A stretch of DNA of 64,000 bases from Candidatus Multivoradales bacterium. Lineage in GTDB: Bacteria > Acidobacteriota > Thermoanaerobaculia > Multivoradales > JAHEKO01. Numbering within the stretch: the first letter of the stretch is position 1; every line of letters starts with the position of its first letter. The notes below the pieces were generated by a model. That model saw nothing but the letters and a program-made list of their open reading frames with translations, did not search any database and was not told the DNA's origin. The stretch covers positions 1,408,001 through 1,472,000 of the forward strand of contig CBDCXM010000009.1 of NCBI GenBank assembly GCA_965223855.1. The letters run 5' to 3'. Shown here in pieces: positions 39,110-48,478 of the stretch. The position numbers and the translations under genes were made by a program.

Positions 39110-41368
39110 TCAGAACGAGAAGCTCAGGTTCACGCCCACGACGTTGGCCTCGTAGTTGCCGTTGTCGCCGGCCAGCAGGAAGCTGCCCGGGATGTAGGGC
39201 TCCAGCCCGGCGACGATGAAGCTGTCGATCGTGTAGTCCTCGTAGAGGTAGAAGAGCCCCCACGACGCCTGCTCGGTGATGTCGTGATCGAAACGGAAGT
39301 TCACCGCCAGCAGCTCGATGTCCTCGTAGTTGCCGAAATCGACGGCGCTCGACGGATTGCCCTCCGGCGCCGTCGTGAAGTCGGCTTCGCCGTCCGAGTC
39401 GGACAGTCGAGCCGAGAGGTCCCAGCGGTTCGACCCGCGCTCGCCGCTGATCCCGAGGCCCCAGGTGTCCCAGGTCTCGGTCAGATCGGCGCTCCAGTCG
39501 TCGGCCGGGTTGGTCGACAGGGTGCCACCCGACTGCCGCGCCCGCTGCAGCACGTCACGCTCGGCGACGTGGCCGAAGAAGTAGCAGTTCAGTCCCGCCC
39601 CCGGCGTATACCCCGCCTCGAAGTTGTACTGCACGATCTCGTCGCCGATCAGCCCGAACTCGCTCTCCGGGTACGAGTCGTCACGCCCGCTGACCCCGAA
39701 GGTCAGGCTGACGCCGTCCTTCGGTGCGAGCTGGACGGAGAGATCGTAGTCGTCGTAGTCCCTGGCCGCCTGGGTGAACTTGCGCAGGCCGGGCTGGTTG
39801 TTGATGCCGTGCGGGTCGAGGAAGCTCAGGAGCTGAGCCGCGGTGTCGTAGCCGTCGTTCGAGCGGTCTCCGGTCTCCCAACTCGCCCGCAGGGTGACGG
39901 CCTGGCTCGGGCGGCTGTCGAGGGTTACCTTGACGATGTCCTCGTCGGTGTTCGTCGTCTCGCGGAAGGTCCGATCCCAGGACAGGGTGCGGTAGCTCAG
40001 CCCCAGACTGGTGCTGTCGGACACCTCGAAGTCGAGCTCGACTCCGAGGTCGTCCCGGCTGTAGCTGTAGGGCACCGTGATGCGCGGCACTTCCTCCCAC
40101 ACCGAGTGCATTCTCACGTAGCCGGGGAACTCGACCCTCGCCGACTGGTTGTCGTAGTCGTAGTAGCGATAGCGCAGCGACAGCTCGACACGCTCTCCGA
40201 GGTCGGTGCCGGCGTTGCCTACGAAGCTCGTAACCTCTACCTTGGTGTCCGCGTTGCGGACCGGCAGGGTGGAGGGGTCAGTGGCCGAGAAGGTGGCGCC
40301 CGACTCGAGGTCGACGCCGACGATGGCCGTGTTCAAGGTGTAGGGAAGCAGTGGATCGTCCTGGGTCATCTCGTTGATGTTGAGCGTCCCGTGCATCCAC
40401 CAGCCTCCGACCTTGCCTCTGCCCGAGAGGAAGACCAGGTTGGCCTCGTTGTCGGGGGCGAGGTCGGCGAACCCGCGGCTACCCGTGTCGATCGCCGCGT
40501 TCGGCGCCAGATATGCGCGTGGGCCGGTGCCGTCGACGCCTGCGAAGGGGTTGTCCCACACCATCGTGCTGATCGAGTTCTCGAAGATCGAGCGCCGATA
40601 GCCGAAACGGACGCCTCCGTTGTCACCATTCCACTCACCCGAGATCTCGGCGTCGGTGGTGTCGTAGTCGATCGGCTCGCCGATCTCGGTGACATTGAAG
40701 AAGCCGAAGTTGCCGCCGTAGGGGCGCAGGCCGTTGCGGTTCTCGTGGCGGTACTCGGCGGCCCAGGCCATCCGGGCGAGCCGTCCGAGGTCCCAGGTGA
40801 TGCGGGTACGGTCGCGTTGCAGACCGAGGTCGAGGCTTCCGGCGGCGGCGATGTACGGGCCGATCAGCCCGCGCAGGAAGTCGCCGCTGATGCCGTTCGG
40901 GAACTGCTCGATGATCGCGCCCTGAATCGCGTTCTGCGTACTGTCGGCGATCTCCCATGTCCCGGGTGAGGTCCGCTGCCACATCGAGGTGGCACGGTTC
41001 TGGAAGCGATGCGGGATCTTGTTGTAGTCGAGGCTCACCGCGTAGCTTCCCGCCACGCCGTAGTCGAGGGCGTAGCGAGCATCGGCGCGCCCGACGTCGT
41101 CGGCACGGAACGCGAAGGTACGATCGCCGCCGTCGCCGGCTCCCGAGATGCGCAGGTCGCTCAACCTGAAGCCGCTCTTCAGATCCCGGTACTCGTTGAA
41201 CTTGGCCGACTCGGTGTCGACGTCGGTCTCGAGGACCTCCAGGCGGATGGAGTCCATCTGCATCGCGAAACCCTCCTCTTCGGCAGTCGCGTGTGCGCCG
41301 ATCGAAGCGGCCAGCGCCAGCGCTCCAGCGGTGAGAAGGAACTGTCGGGTGGTCTCTCTTGCCATCAT
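39110..41368 (-). CDS. MtrB/PioB-family outer-membrane beta-barrel
   Basis: Signal peptide; SAKFNEYRD, EPIDYDT, LAPDNEAN and PGLRKF motifs; terminal F; directly downstream of the decaheme gene. Confidence 0.9.
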   Translation of the reverse strand: MMARETTRQFLLTAGALALAASIGAHATAEEEGFAMQMDSIRLEVLETDVDTESAKFNEYRDLKSGFRLSDLRISGAGDGGDRTFAFRADDVGRADARYALDYGVAGSYAVSLDYNKIPHRFQNRATSMWQRTSPGTWEIADSTQNAIQGAIIEQFPNGISGDFLRGLIGPYIAAAGSLDLGLQRDRTRITWDLGRLARMAWAAEYRHENRNGLRPYGGNFGFFNVTEIGEPIDYDTTDAEISGEWNGDNGGVRFGYRRSIFENSISTMVWDNPFAGVDGTGPRAYLAPNAAIDTGSRGFADLAPDNEANLVFLSGRGKVGGWWMHGTLNINEMTQDDPLLPYTLNTAIVGVDLESGATFSATDPSTLPVRNADTKVEVTSFVGNAGTDLGERVELSLRYRYYDYDNQSARVEFPGYVRMHSVWEEVPRITVPYSYSRDDLGVELDFEVSDSTSLGLSYRTLSWDRTFRETTNTDEDIVKVTLDSRPSQAVTLRASWETGDRSNDGYDTAAQLLSFLDPHGINNQPGLRKFTQAARDYDDYDLSVQLAPKDGVSLTFGVSGRDDSYPESEFGLIGDEIVQYNFEAGYTPGAGLNCYFFGHVAERDVLQRARQSGGTLSTNPADDWSADLTETWDTWGLGISGERGSNRWDLSARLSDSDGEADFTTAPEGNPSSAVDFGNYEDIELLAVNFRFDHDITEQASWGLFYLYEDYTIDSFIVAGLEPYIPGSFLLAGDNGNYEANVVGVNLSFSF

Positions 41369-41377
41369 CGTCGCCTC

Positions 41378-42277
41378 CTAATGAGCGAGGTAGGGGCTCG
41401 AGGGGTGGTTGCTGCCGTGGACCGCTGCGTGGCAGTTCAGGCAGGCGCGGCTGAAATCACGATTGCTCGGTCTTGTGCCGTCGGCGAGCGTCGTGCGGTC
41501 GTAGAGTGTGCCCGGGTGCCGCGTGTTCGAGTGGCACTGCTGGCACAGATACGGCACCGAGGTGCGCTGAAGCTTGAGGTGGTTCGAGCCGTGCGGGGTG
41601 TGGCAGCTCGAGCAGTCCTCACGCACCGGAGGGTGCTCCCACAGGAAGGGGCCGCGCTTCTCGGTGTGGCAGCTGTAGCACTGGTCGTTGACCGAAGCGG
41701 CAGTGATCATCTTGGCGGTCTGGCTGCCGTGCGGGTTGTGGCAGTCGTTGCACCCCATCTGCCCTTCGCGGATCGGATGGTGCGAGGTCTTCCAGGTTTC
41801 CGCCCGCACGTCGGTGTGGCAGGAGAAACACTGCTGGGTCGCGTTGACGGCGTTGAGCTGCTTCGTCTCGGAGACGAAGGAGTGGACGCTGTGACACGTG
41901 AGGCAGGAGAGCCCCCTGGCCTCGTGCCGACCGCCGTCCCAGAAGAACTGGGTGCCGCCGTCGTGGCAGCTCTGGCACACGGCCGTCTGCTCCTCCGCGG
42001 GAAGGGCCAGGATCAGCGGGCGGTTCTCCTCGATCTCGGGGTCTTCGACGTGAAGGCTCCCCGGGCCGTGGCAGGTCTCACAGCCGTGGGCCGACAGCGC
42101 GGCGAAGCCGCTCTGGCCGTGGGCCGTACCGGCGAGTTGCTCCTCGTACCCGTCGTGGCACTCCAGGCAGAGATCGCTTCCCACGTAGGACGGTGAAGCA
42201 GCGGAAGCCGGAGCGGCCGCAAAGAGGGCGGCGAAGCCCGCCGCCAAGAAGAGCAGGTTCCGGATTCTCTCTCTCAC
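41378..42277 (-). CDS. MtrA/DmsE/PioA-family decaheme cytochrome c
   Basis: Ten CxxCH motifs; SHHPIREG and EKRGPFLWEHPPV; signal peptide. Confidence 0.95.
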   Translation of the reverse strand: MRERIRNLLFLAAGFAALFAAAPASAASPSYVGSDLCLECHDGYEEQLAGTAHGQSGFAALSAHGCETCHGPGSLHVEDPEIEENRPLILALPAEEQTAVCQSCHDGGTQFFWDGGRHEARGLSCLTCHSVHSFVSETKQLNAVNATQQCFSCHTDVRAETWKTSHHPIREGQMGCNDCHNPHGSQTAKMITAASVNDQCYSCHTEKRGPFLWEHPPVREDCSSCHTPHGSNHLKLQRTSVPYLCQQCHSNTRHPGTLYDRTTLADGTRPSNRDFSRACLNCHAAVHGSNHPSSPYLAH

Positions 42278-42391
42278 AGTGCACCTCCCTCGGCGTCGGC
42301 CCGAAGCGTCGGTGGGAGAGTGGCTCGGAATCCGTTTCGTCCGGAGCCTCGCCGACCGTGCCGGCCTTGGATCGCCATTGCTGATAACCGC

Positions 42392-42523
42392 ACGCTAGCG
42401 AAGGCGTCCGACCGGCCAACGCCCGCCGGGGTGGTTGTGCGACCCGCCCCCACGGGTAGGTAGGGCGCCACCCGGTCACCACCCGACCGGGTGGCGCGGG
42501 GGCCCGAGCGGAGTGCTTACCAT
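42392..42523. promoter_or_regulatory. Divergent promoter with three 7-4-7 operator palindromes
   Basis: AACGCCC-gccg-GGGTGGT (42418), CCCGCCC-ccac-GGGTAGG (42443), ACCACCC-gacc-GGGTGGC (42478); -10 boxes TAGCGT (minus, 42397-42392) and TACCAT (plus, 42518-42523). Confidence 0.55.
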
Positions 42524-42556
42524 CGAGCGAAGTTCTTTCGAGGAAGGAGTCCGCAG

Positions 42557-42979
42557 ATGAGCCAGCTGTGCCGAGTCGCGTCGTTGGGTGTCTTGCTCGT
42601 TTCTCTGCCGATCGCCCTGGCGTTCGCGGAGGAGACGGAGGCGGTCGAAGGGGCCGAGATGCCCGAGGTCTTCGGCGAGTACAAGTGCAGCATGTGCCAC
42701 TCGGTGGCGGGTGCCGGAGTCGTGGCGACCACGAAGCTCGAGAAGATGAAGGGGCCCGATCTCGGCGGCTACACCACCGAGGACCGCGGGGCCTTGTTCG
42801 AGTTCCTGACCCGGGCCGTGGAGGTCGACGGCGACAAGCACAACAAGGAATTCAAGGGCACTCGCGAAGAACTCGACGAGATTCTCGACTGGCTGGCCGA
42901 GCAGGAGCCGGAGAACTCGGGGTCGGAAGACCCGGCGTCTGAGGACCCGGCGCCAGGGAACCCGGAGTCGGGCGACTAG
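42557..42979 (+). CDS. Monoheme cytochrome c (periplasmic)
   Basis: Signal peptide, CSMCH, GPDL, distal KHNKEFKG; AGGAAGGAG RBS. Confidence 0.88.
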   Translation: MSQLCRVASLGVLLVSLPIALAFAEETEAVEGAEMPEVFGEYKCSMCHSVAGAGVVATTKLEKMKGPDLGGYTTEDRGALFEFLTRAVEVDGDKHNKEFKGTREELDEILDWLAEQEPENSGSEDPASEDPAPGNPESGD

Positions 42980-42987
42980 GAGGCCGC

Positions 42988-43602
42988 ATGGTCGACTCGA
43001 CCGGCATGGTGGGCGTGGCGGTCATCGTCCTCGCCCTCCTGATCGTCTTCTGGCTGAGTCAGCGTTCGGCCGTCGTCCGAGACCGCGCCGGAATGCTGCA
43101 GGCGCTTCTGGGACTCGTCGCGGTGCCGGTGCTGGTTTCGGCGATCGGTACGCGAGTGCATCTGCAGAAGGCGAAGTCGACCGACTTCTGCCTCTCGTGC
43201 CATGAGATGGAGCCCTACGGCCGAACCCTCCACGCCGACGCCGAGTGGCTGCCCGCAGTCCACCTCCAGAACCGTCGGATCCCTTCCGACAAGGCCTGCT
43301 ACGTCTGCCACACGAGTTACACGATGTTCGGCGATCTCGAAGCGAAGATGAAGGGCGTCCGGCATCTCGCGGTCCACTACTTCGGCGAGATTCCGGAGAC
43401 GATCGAGCTCTACGAGCCCTATCGCAATCGGGAGTGTCTCCACTGCCACGGCGGGGCGCGCTACCTCCTGGAAGACGGGATGCACGATGAGCTCCTGCTG
43501 GCCGAGGACGTCGAGGAGGTCTCGTGCCTCGAGTGCCACGACACGGTCCACGAACTCGACGAGCTCGAGGACACGCCGAGCTGGGAGGCCCCCGATGCCT
43601 GA
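42988..43602 (+). CDS. NapC/NirT (CymA-like) tetraheme cytochrome
   Basis: Two N-terminal TM helices; STDFCLSCHEM, CYVCH, CLHCH, CLECH. Confidence 0.88.
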   Translation: MVDSTGMVGVAVIVLALLIVFWLSQRSAVVRDRAGMLQALLGLVAVPVLVSAIGTRVHLQKAKSTDFCLSCHEMEPYGRTLHADAEWLPAVHLQNRRIPSDKACYVCHTSYTMFGDLEAKMKGVRHLAVHYFGEIPETIELYEPYRNRECLHCHGGARYLLEDGMHDELLLAEDVEEVSCLECHDTVHELDELEDTPSWEAPDA

Positions 43603-43792
43603 TCGGGCGCGCCGCTCGAGGACGCATGCCGGCGGTTGGATCGCAGCGGGCCTGGCGGTGCAGGCCGTCTCCTTCGTGCTGTCGGGGCCCCCTGCCTTCC
43701 TGATCTTCGCTCTGGTCGGCCTGCCGCTCGTTGCCGTCGGGGTGGTTCGCTACCTCTTCTCGTTGCTCGCCGGTCCGCCGGGCGCCGGCTGA
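43595..43792 (+). CDS. Small 2-TM membrane protein
   Basis: Overlaps the NapC stop; two hydrophobic helices. Confidence 0.6.
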   Translation: MPDRARRSRTHAGGWIAAGLAVQAVSFVLSGPPAFLIFALVGLPLVAVGVVRYLFSLLAGPPGAG

Positions 43793-43848
43793 GCGTTGAC
43801 GGGCCGCGAGAGGTCGAGCGTGCCCACGCGCCGGGAGGGACGTCGCCG

Positions 43849-46800
43849 ATGAGCGCAGCGATCGATCCGATCGAAACCGCGATGCTCGACGGCAACGAGG
43901 CTGTCGCCTCGGTCGCCTATCGCAGCAACGAGGTGATCGCGATCTACCCGATCACGCCCGCGTCGCCGATGGGCGAACACTGCGACGCCTGGGCCGTGCA
44001 AGGGCGGACCAACGTCTGGGGCCAGGTGCCGGACGTCGCCGAGATGCAATCGGAGGGGGGCGCTGCAGGCGCCGTTCATGGAGCGCTCCAGGCGGGAGCT
44101 CTGACGACGACCTTCACCGCGTCGCAGGGCCTGCTGCTGATGGTCCCGAACCTGTACAAGATCGCCGGCGAACTCACTCCGTTCGTCCTCCACGTTGCGG
44201 CGCGCACTCTCGCCACGCATGCGCTGTCGATCTTCGGCGACCACTCGGACGTCATGGCGGCCCGTCAGACCGGCTTCGCCATGCTGGCGTCGAACACGCC
44301 GCAGGAGGCGCACGACTTCGCCCTGATCGCACAGGCGGCGACTCTCGCCTCGCGAATCCCGGTGCTGCACTTCTTCGACGGCTTCCGCACTTCCCACGAG
44401 ATCGGCCGGGTCGAGCTGCTCTCGGACGACGACCTGCGCGCGCTGCTGCCGAACGAGCAGATCGCCGCGCATCGCGAGCGTGCGCTCACCCCGGACCGGC
44501 CGGTGCTGCGCGGCACCGCGCAGAACCCGGACGCCTTCTTCCAGGCACGCGAGGCGTGCAACCCGTTCCACGACGCCTGCCCGGCGATCGTTCAGGCGAC
44601 GATGGATCGCTTCGCCGAGCGCACAGGCCGCAGGTATCGACTGTTCGACTACTACGGCGACCCGGAAGCGGAGCAGGTGGTGGTGCTCATGGGCTCGGGC
44701 GTCGAGACGGTGCGCGAGACGATCGACTGGCTCGGCGCCGGTGGCCGCAGGGTCGGAGTCCTCGCGGTGCGGCTCTACCGGCCCTTCGACCAGGCGGCCC
44801 TGGTGGCTGCGCTGCCGAAGTCGGTGCGTCGGATCGCCGTTCTCGACCGGACGAAGGAGCCGGGTGCCCAGGGCGATCCGCTCTACCTCGACGTCGCTAC
44901 GGCACTCGGAGACGAGCGCCGCGAGAGCGGCTTCGATCCGCTGGTCGTCGCCGGTCGGTACGGTCTGTCGTCGAAGGAGTTCGACCCCGCGTGCGTGAAG
45001 GCGGTCTTCGACCAGCTCGAAGCCGAGACGCCGCGCCACAAGTTCACCGTCGGCATCGTCGACGACGTCACCCACCGGTCGCTGCCGGTCGAGCGACCCC
45101 TCGACATCGAGCCGGAGGGTCGAACCCGGGCCGTCTTCTTCGGCCTCGGCTCGGACGGCACGGTCAGCGCCAACAAGAACTCGATCAGGATCATCGGCGA
45201 GTCGACCGACCTGCACGCCCAGGGCTATTTCGTCTACGACTCCAAGAAGGCGGGCGCCGTGACGGTGTCGCACCTGCGCTTCGGGGATGAGCCGATCCAT
45301 TCGACCTACCTGGTGCAGCAGGCCGATTTCGTCGGCTGCCACCAGTTCGACTTCCTCGAACGCCTCGATGTTCTCGAGACGGCTCGCCCCGGTGCGGTGT
45401 TCCTGCTGAACTCTCCCTGTCCTGCCGAGCGGGTGTGGGACCGCCTGCCAAGAGAGGTGCAGGAGACGGTCCTCGACCGGCAGCTCGCGGTCCACGTGAT
45501 CGACGCCTACGCCGTGGCCAAGCAGGCGGGGCTCGGCGTGCGCATCAACACCATCATGCAGACCTGCTTCTTCGCCCTCTCCGGGGTGCTGCCGCAGGAG
45601 CAGGCGATCGCCTCGATCAAGAAAGCGATCGACGGGAGCTACGGCAAGAGAGGTCCTGTGCTGGTGGAGAAGAACCATCGGGCGGTCGACATGGCGCTCG
45701 CCCACCTGCACACGCTGGAGACGCCGGCGCAGGTCACGGCACGGCATGGGCGGCCGCCGATCGTCCCGGCCGCGGCGCCGGATTTCGTGCAACGGGTGAC
45801 CAGCGTGCTGCTGGCGCAGAAGGGCGACCTGCTGCCGGTGAGCGCGTTTCCACCCGACGGCACGTTCGCGACCGGCACGTCGCAGTGGGAGAAGCGGGCG
45901 ATCGCCACCGAGATCCCGCTGTGGGACTCGGACGTCTGCATCCAGTGCAACCAGTGCACGCTCGTGTGTCCACACGCCGCGATCCGCGCCAAGGTCTACG
46001 ACCGCGACGAGCTGGCAGGTGCGCCCGACGGCTTCCGCTCGACCGAGTATCGGGCACCGGATCTGCGGGGGCTCGAGTACACGCTGCAGGTCGCGCCGGA
46101 GGATTGCACCGGCTGTCATCTGTGCGTCGAGGTCTGTCCGGCGAGGGACAAGGCGCATCCGCGTCGCAAGGCGATCAACATGGAGCCGCTGGCCCCGGTT
46201 CGTGAGAGCGAGAGCGAGGCGTACGCCTTCTTTCTGGACCTTCCCGAGATCGATCGCGACCGGATCGCGCGCCTCGACGCGAAGGGCTCGCAGTTCTTCC
46301 AGCCGCTCTTCGAGTACTCCGGCGCCTGTGCCGGCTGCGGCGAGACCCCGTACCTCAAACTGCTGACCCAGCTCTTCGGTGACCGGCTGCTGATCGCCAA
46401 CGCCACCGGGTGCTCTTCGATCTACGGTGGCAACCTGCCGACGACGCCCTACACGACGAATGTCGACGGTCGCGGGCCGGCCTGGTCGAACTCGCTCTTC
46501 GAGGACAACGCCGAGTTCGGCTTCGGCATGCGGCTGGCCCTGGAGGTTCTCGAGCACCGTGCTCGAGATCTGTTGCGGCGCCTGACAGGTCCCGAAGGCC
46601 CGGTCGAGCCGGTGCTGACCGGGAAGTTGCTCGCCCCCGTCGAGCGCACCGATCGGGGGATCGCGCTGCAGCGAGCACACGTCACTCAGCTCAGACACGA
46701 GCTCGAAGCGATCGAGCACCCCGACGCACGCGAACTCGATGCCCTCGCGGACGCTCTCGTGCCGAAGAGCGTCTGGCTGGTCGGTGGAGACGGTTGGGCC

Positions 46801-47454
46801 TACGACATCGGCTACGGCGGGCTCGACCACGTGCTCGCCAGCCGTCGGAACGTCAACGTCCTGGTGCTCGACACCGAGGTGTACTCCAACACCGGCGGCC
46901 AGCAATCGAAGGCGACACCGCTCGGTGCAGCCGCCAAGTTCGCGTCGGCGGGCAAGGAGGTGGGGAAGAAGGACCTCGGGATGGAGATGATGAGCTACGG
47001 CCACGTCTACGTCGCCCAGATCGCCTTCGGCGCCAGCATGAATCAGACCGTGCAGACCCTTCTGGAGGCGGAGGCTCACGACGGGCCGTCGCTCGTGATC
47101 GCCTTCAGCCCGTGCATCGCCCACGGCTACGACCTGTCGCAGAACGTGGCGCAGCAGAAGCGCATGGTCGAGAGCGGGATCTGGCCGCTCTATCGTTTCG
47201 ATCCGCGACGCAGTGCTGCGGGCGAGCCGCCGCTGGCGCTCGACAGCCGCCCTCCGCGACTCGACGTGGAGAGGGTGCTCGAGGTCGAGACCCGCTATCG
47301 GATGGTCGAGAAGGTCGATCCCGATCGCTACCGCCGCCTGGTCCGGGAACGGCGGCGCGAGGTCGAGGAGCGGTTTTCGATCTACCGGCAGCTCGCCGGG
47401 ATCCGAATCGACGGCGACGGCGTCCCGGAGCGAAGGCCGGGTAGGGAGTCTTGA
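43849..47454 (+). CDS. nifJ: Pyruvate:ferredoxin (flavodoxin) oxidoreductase
   Basis: DGNEA, YPITPAS, EMQSEGGAAG, two 4Fe-4S motifs, GACAGCGET, GGDGWAYDIG. Confidence 0.97.
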   Translation: MSAAIDPIETAMLDGNEAVASVAYRSNEVIAIYPITPASPMGEHCDAWAVQGRTNVWGQVPDVAEMQSEGGAAGAVHGALQAGALTTTFTASQGLLLMVPNLYKIAGELTPFVLHVAARTLATHALSIFGDHSDVMAARQTGFAMLASNTPQEAHDFALIAQAATLASRIPVLHFFDGFRTSHEIGRVELLSDDDLRALLPNEQIAAHRERALTPDRPVLRGTAQNPDAFFQAREACNPFHDACPAIVQATMDRFAERTGRRYRLFDYYGDPEAEQVVVLMGSGVETVRETIDWLGAGGRRVGVLAVRLYRPFDQAALVAALPKSVRRIAVLDRTKEPGAQGDPLYLDVATALGDERRESGFDPLVVAGRYGLSSKEFDPACVKAVFDQLEAETPRHKFTVGIVDDVTHRSLPVERPLDIEPEGRTRAVFFGLGSDGTVSANKNSIRIIGESTDLHAQGYFVYDSKKAGAVTVSHLRFGDEPIHSTYLVQQADFVGCHQFDFLERLDVLETARPGAVFLLNSPCPAERVWDRLPREVQETVLDRQLAVHVIDAYAVAKQAGLGVRINTIMQTCFFALSGVLPQEQAIASIKKAIDGSYGKRGPVLVEKNHRAVDMALAHLHTLETPAQVTARHGRPPIVPAAAPDFVQRVTSVLLAQKGDLLPVSAFPPDGTFATGTSQWEKRAIATEIPLWDSDVCIQCNQCTLVCPHAAIRAKVYDRDELAGAPDGFRSTEYRAPDLRGLEYTLQVAPEDCTGCHLCVEVCPARDKAHPRRKAINMEPLAPVRESESEAYAFFLDLPEIDRDRIARLDAKGSQFFQPLFEYSGACAGCGETPYLKLLTQLFGDRLLIANATGCSSIYGGNLPTTPYTTNVDGRGPAWSNSLFEDNAEFGFGMRLALEVLEHRARDLLRRLTGPEGPVEPVLTGKLLAPVERTDRGIALQRAHVTQLRHELEAIEHPDARELDALADALVPKSVWLVGGDGWAYDIGYGGLDHVLASRRNVNVLVLDTEVYSNTGGQQSKATPLGAAAKFASAGKEVGKKDLGMEMMSYGHVYVAQIAFGASMNQTVQTLLEAEAHDGPSLVIAFSPCIAHGYDLSQNVAQQKRMVESGIWPLYRFDPRRSAAGEPPLALDSRPPRLDVERVLEVETRYRMVEKVDPDRYRRLVRERRREVEERFSIYRQLAGIRIDGDGVPERRPGRES

Positions 47455-47456
47455 GC

Positions 47457-48458
47457 ATGGACCTGACCACCCGTTACATGGGCCTCGACCTGGCCCACCC
47501 GATCCTGCCGGGAGCCGGGCCGCTCGCCGACGACGTCGACTCGGCGCGGGCTCTCGAGGACGCAGGGGCGGCCGCCATCGTCCTGCGCTCGCTCTTCGAG
47601 GAGCAGCTCGAGGCGGAGCAGATGGCCACGGTCGGTCACTACCAGCAGATCACCGACGCCTTCGCCGAGACGAACTCCTATCTGCCGGCCCGTGAGGAGT
47701 TCGTGCTCGGCCCGGACGAGTACCTGAATCACCTCCTCGAGGTTCGCGAGGCGGTCGACCTGCCCGTGATCGCCTCGCTCAACGGCACCGTGGGCGGCTA
47801 CTGGCTCGAGTACGCCCAGCTCATCGAGGGCGCCGGAGCGGCCGCTCTCGAGCTCAATGTCTTCGACATCGAGACCGATCCGCGGACCACCGGCGCGGAA
47901 CTCGAGGAGCGTCTGCTGCAGATGGTGCGACGGCTCGCCGCCGAGCTCGAGATCCCGTTCGCGGTCAAGCTCTCTCCCTTCTACTCGGCGATCCTCAACC
48001 TGGCTTCAGAGATCCATCAGCAAGGCGCTGCGGGCGTCGTGCTCTTCAACCGCTTCTTCCAGGCCGATCTGGATCTGGACGCTCTCGAAGTCGAGCGCCG
48101 CCTCCAGCTCTCGACGCCCGCCGAGCTGCCACTGAGACTGAGGTGGCTCGCGATTCTCTCGGGGGCCCTCGACGGCCCCCCCTCGCTGGCAGCGACCGGT
48201 GGCGTTCACACGGCCGAGGACGTCGTCAAGGCGCTCGCCTGCGGCGCTGACGTCGTGCAGGTCGTGTCGCGCCTTCTTCGCGACGGTCCGAGTGCGCTGC
48301 TCGAGCTGCGTCGCGGATTGGAACGATGGCTCGAGGAGTACGAGTACGAGTCGCTCGACCAGCTGCGCGGATCGATGAACCTCGCTCGCTGTCCAGATCC
48401 CGGGATGTACGAGCGGGCGAACTACATCCACCTGCTGCAGGGCTATCGGTGGAGTTGA
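47457..48458 (+). CDS. Dihydroorotate dehydrogenase-like flavoprotein
   Basis: MDLTTRYMGL, SLFEEQ, IASLNG, VKLSPFY, LFNRF and ERANY motifs; a usual nifJ neighbour. Confidence 0.88.
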   Translation: MDLTTRYMGLDLAHPILPGAGPLADDVDSARALEDAGAAAIVLRSLFEEQLEAEQMATVGHYQQITDAFAETNSYLPAREEFVLGPDEYLNHLLEVREAVDLPVIASLNGTVGGYWLEYAQLIEGAGAAALELNVFDIETDPRTTGAELEERLLQMVRRLAAELEIPFAVKLSPFYSAILNLASEIHQQGAAGVVLFNRFFQADLDLDALEVERRLQLSTPAELPLRLRWLAILSGALDGPPSLAATGGVHTAEDVVKALACGADVVQVVSRLLRDGPSALLELRRGLERWLEEYEYESLDQLRGSMNLARCPDPGMYERANYIHLLQGYRWS

Positions 48459-48478
48459 TCGGTTTCGGCGGAGACGAC

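Noticed and set aside
42465-42497. 13-bp perfect inverted repeat as an sRNA or terminator
   Set aside because: It lies inside a divergent promoter, overlaps an operator-like site and has no U-tract, so it cannot be supported as a separate RNA element.
43750-47124. 1124-aa minus-strand ORF, and similar long ORFs at 6640-8841, 11232-13595, 19796-22198, 39284-40969 and 56371-57990
   Set aside because: Antisense shadows of well-supported genes, caused by high-GC codon bias; no recognisable motifs.
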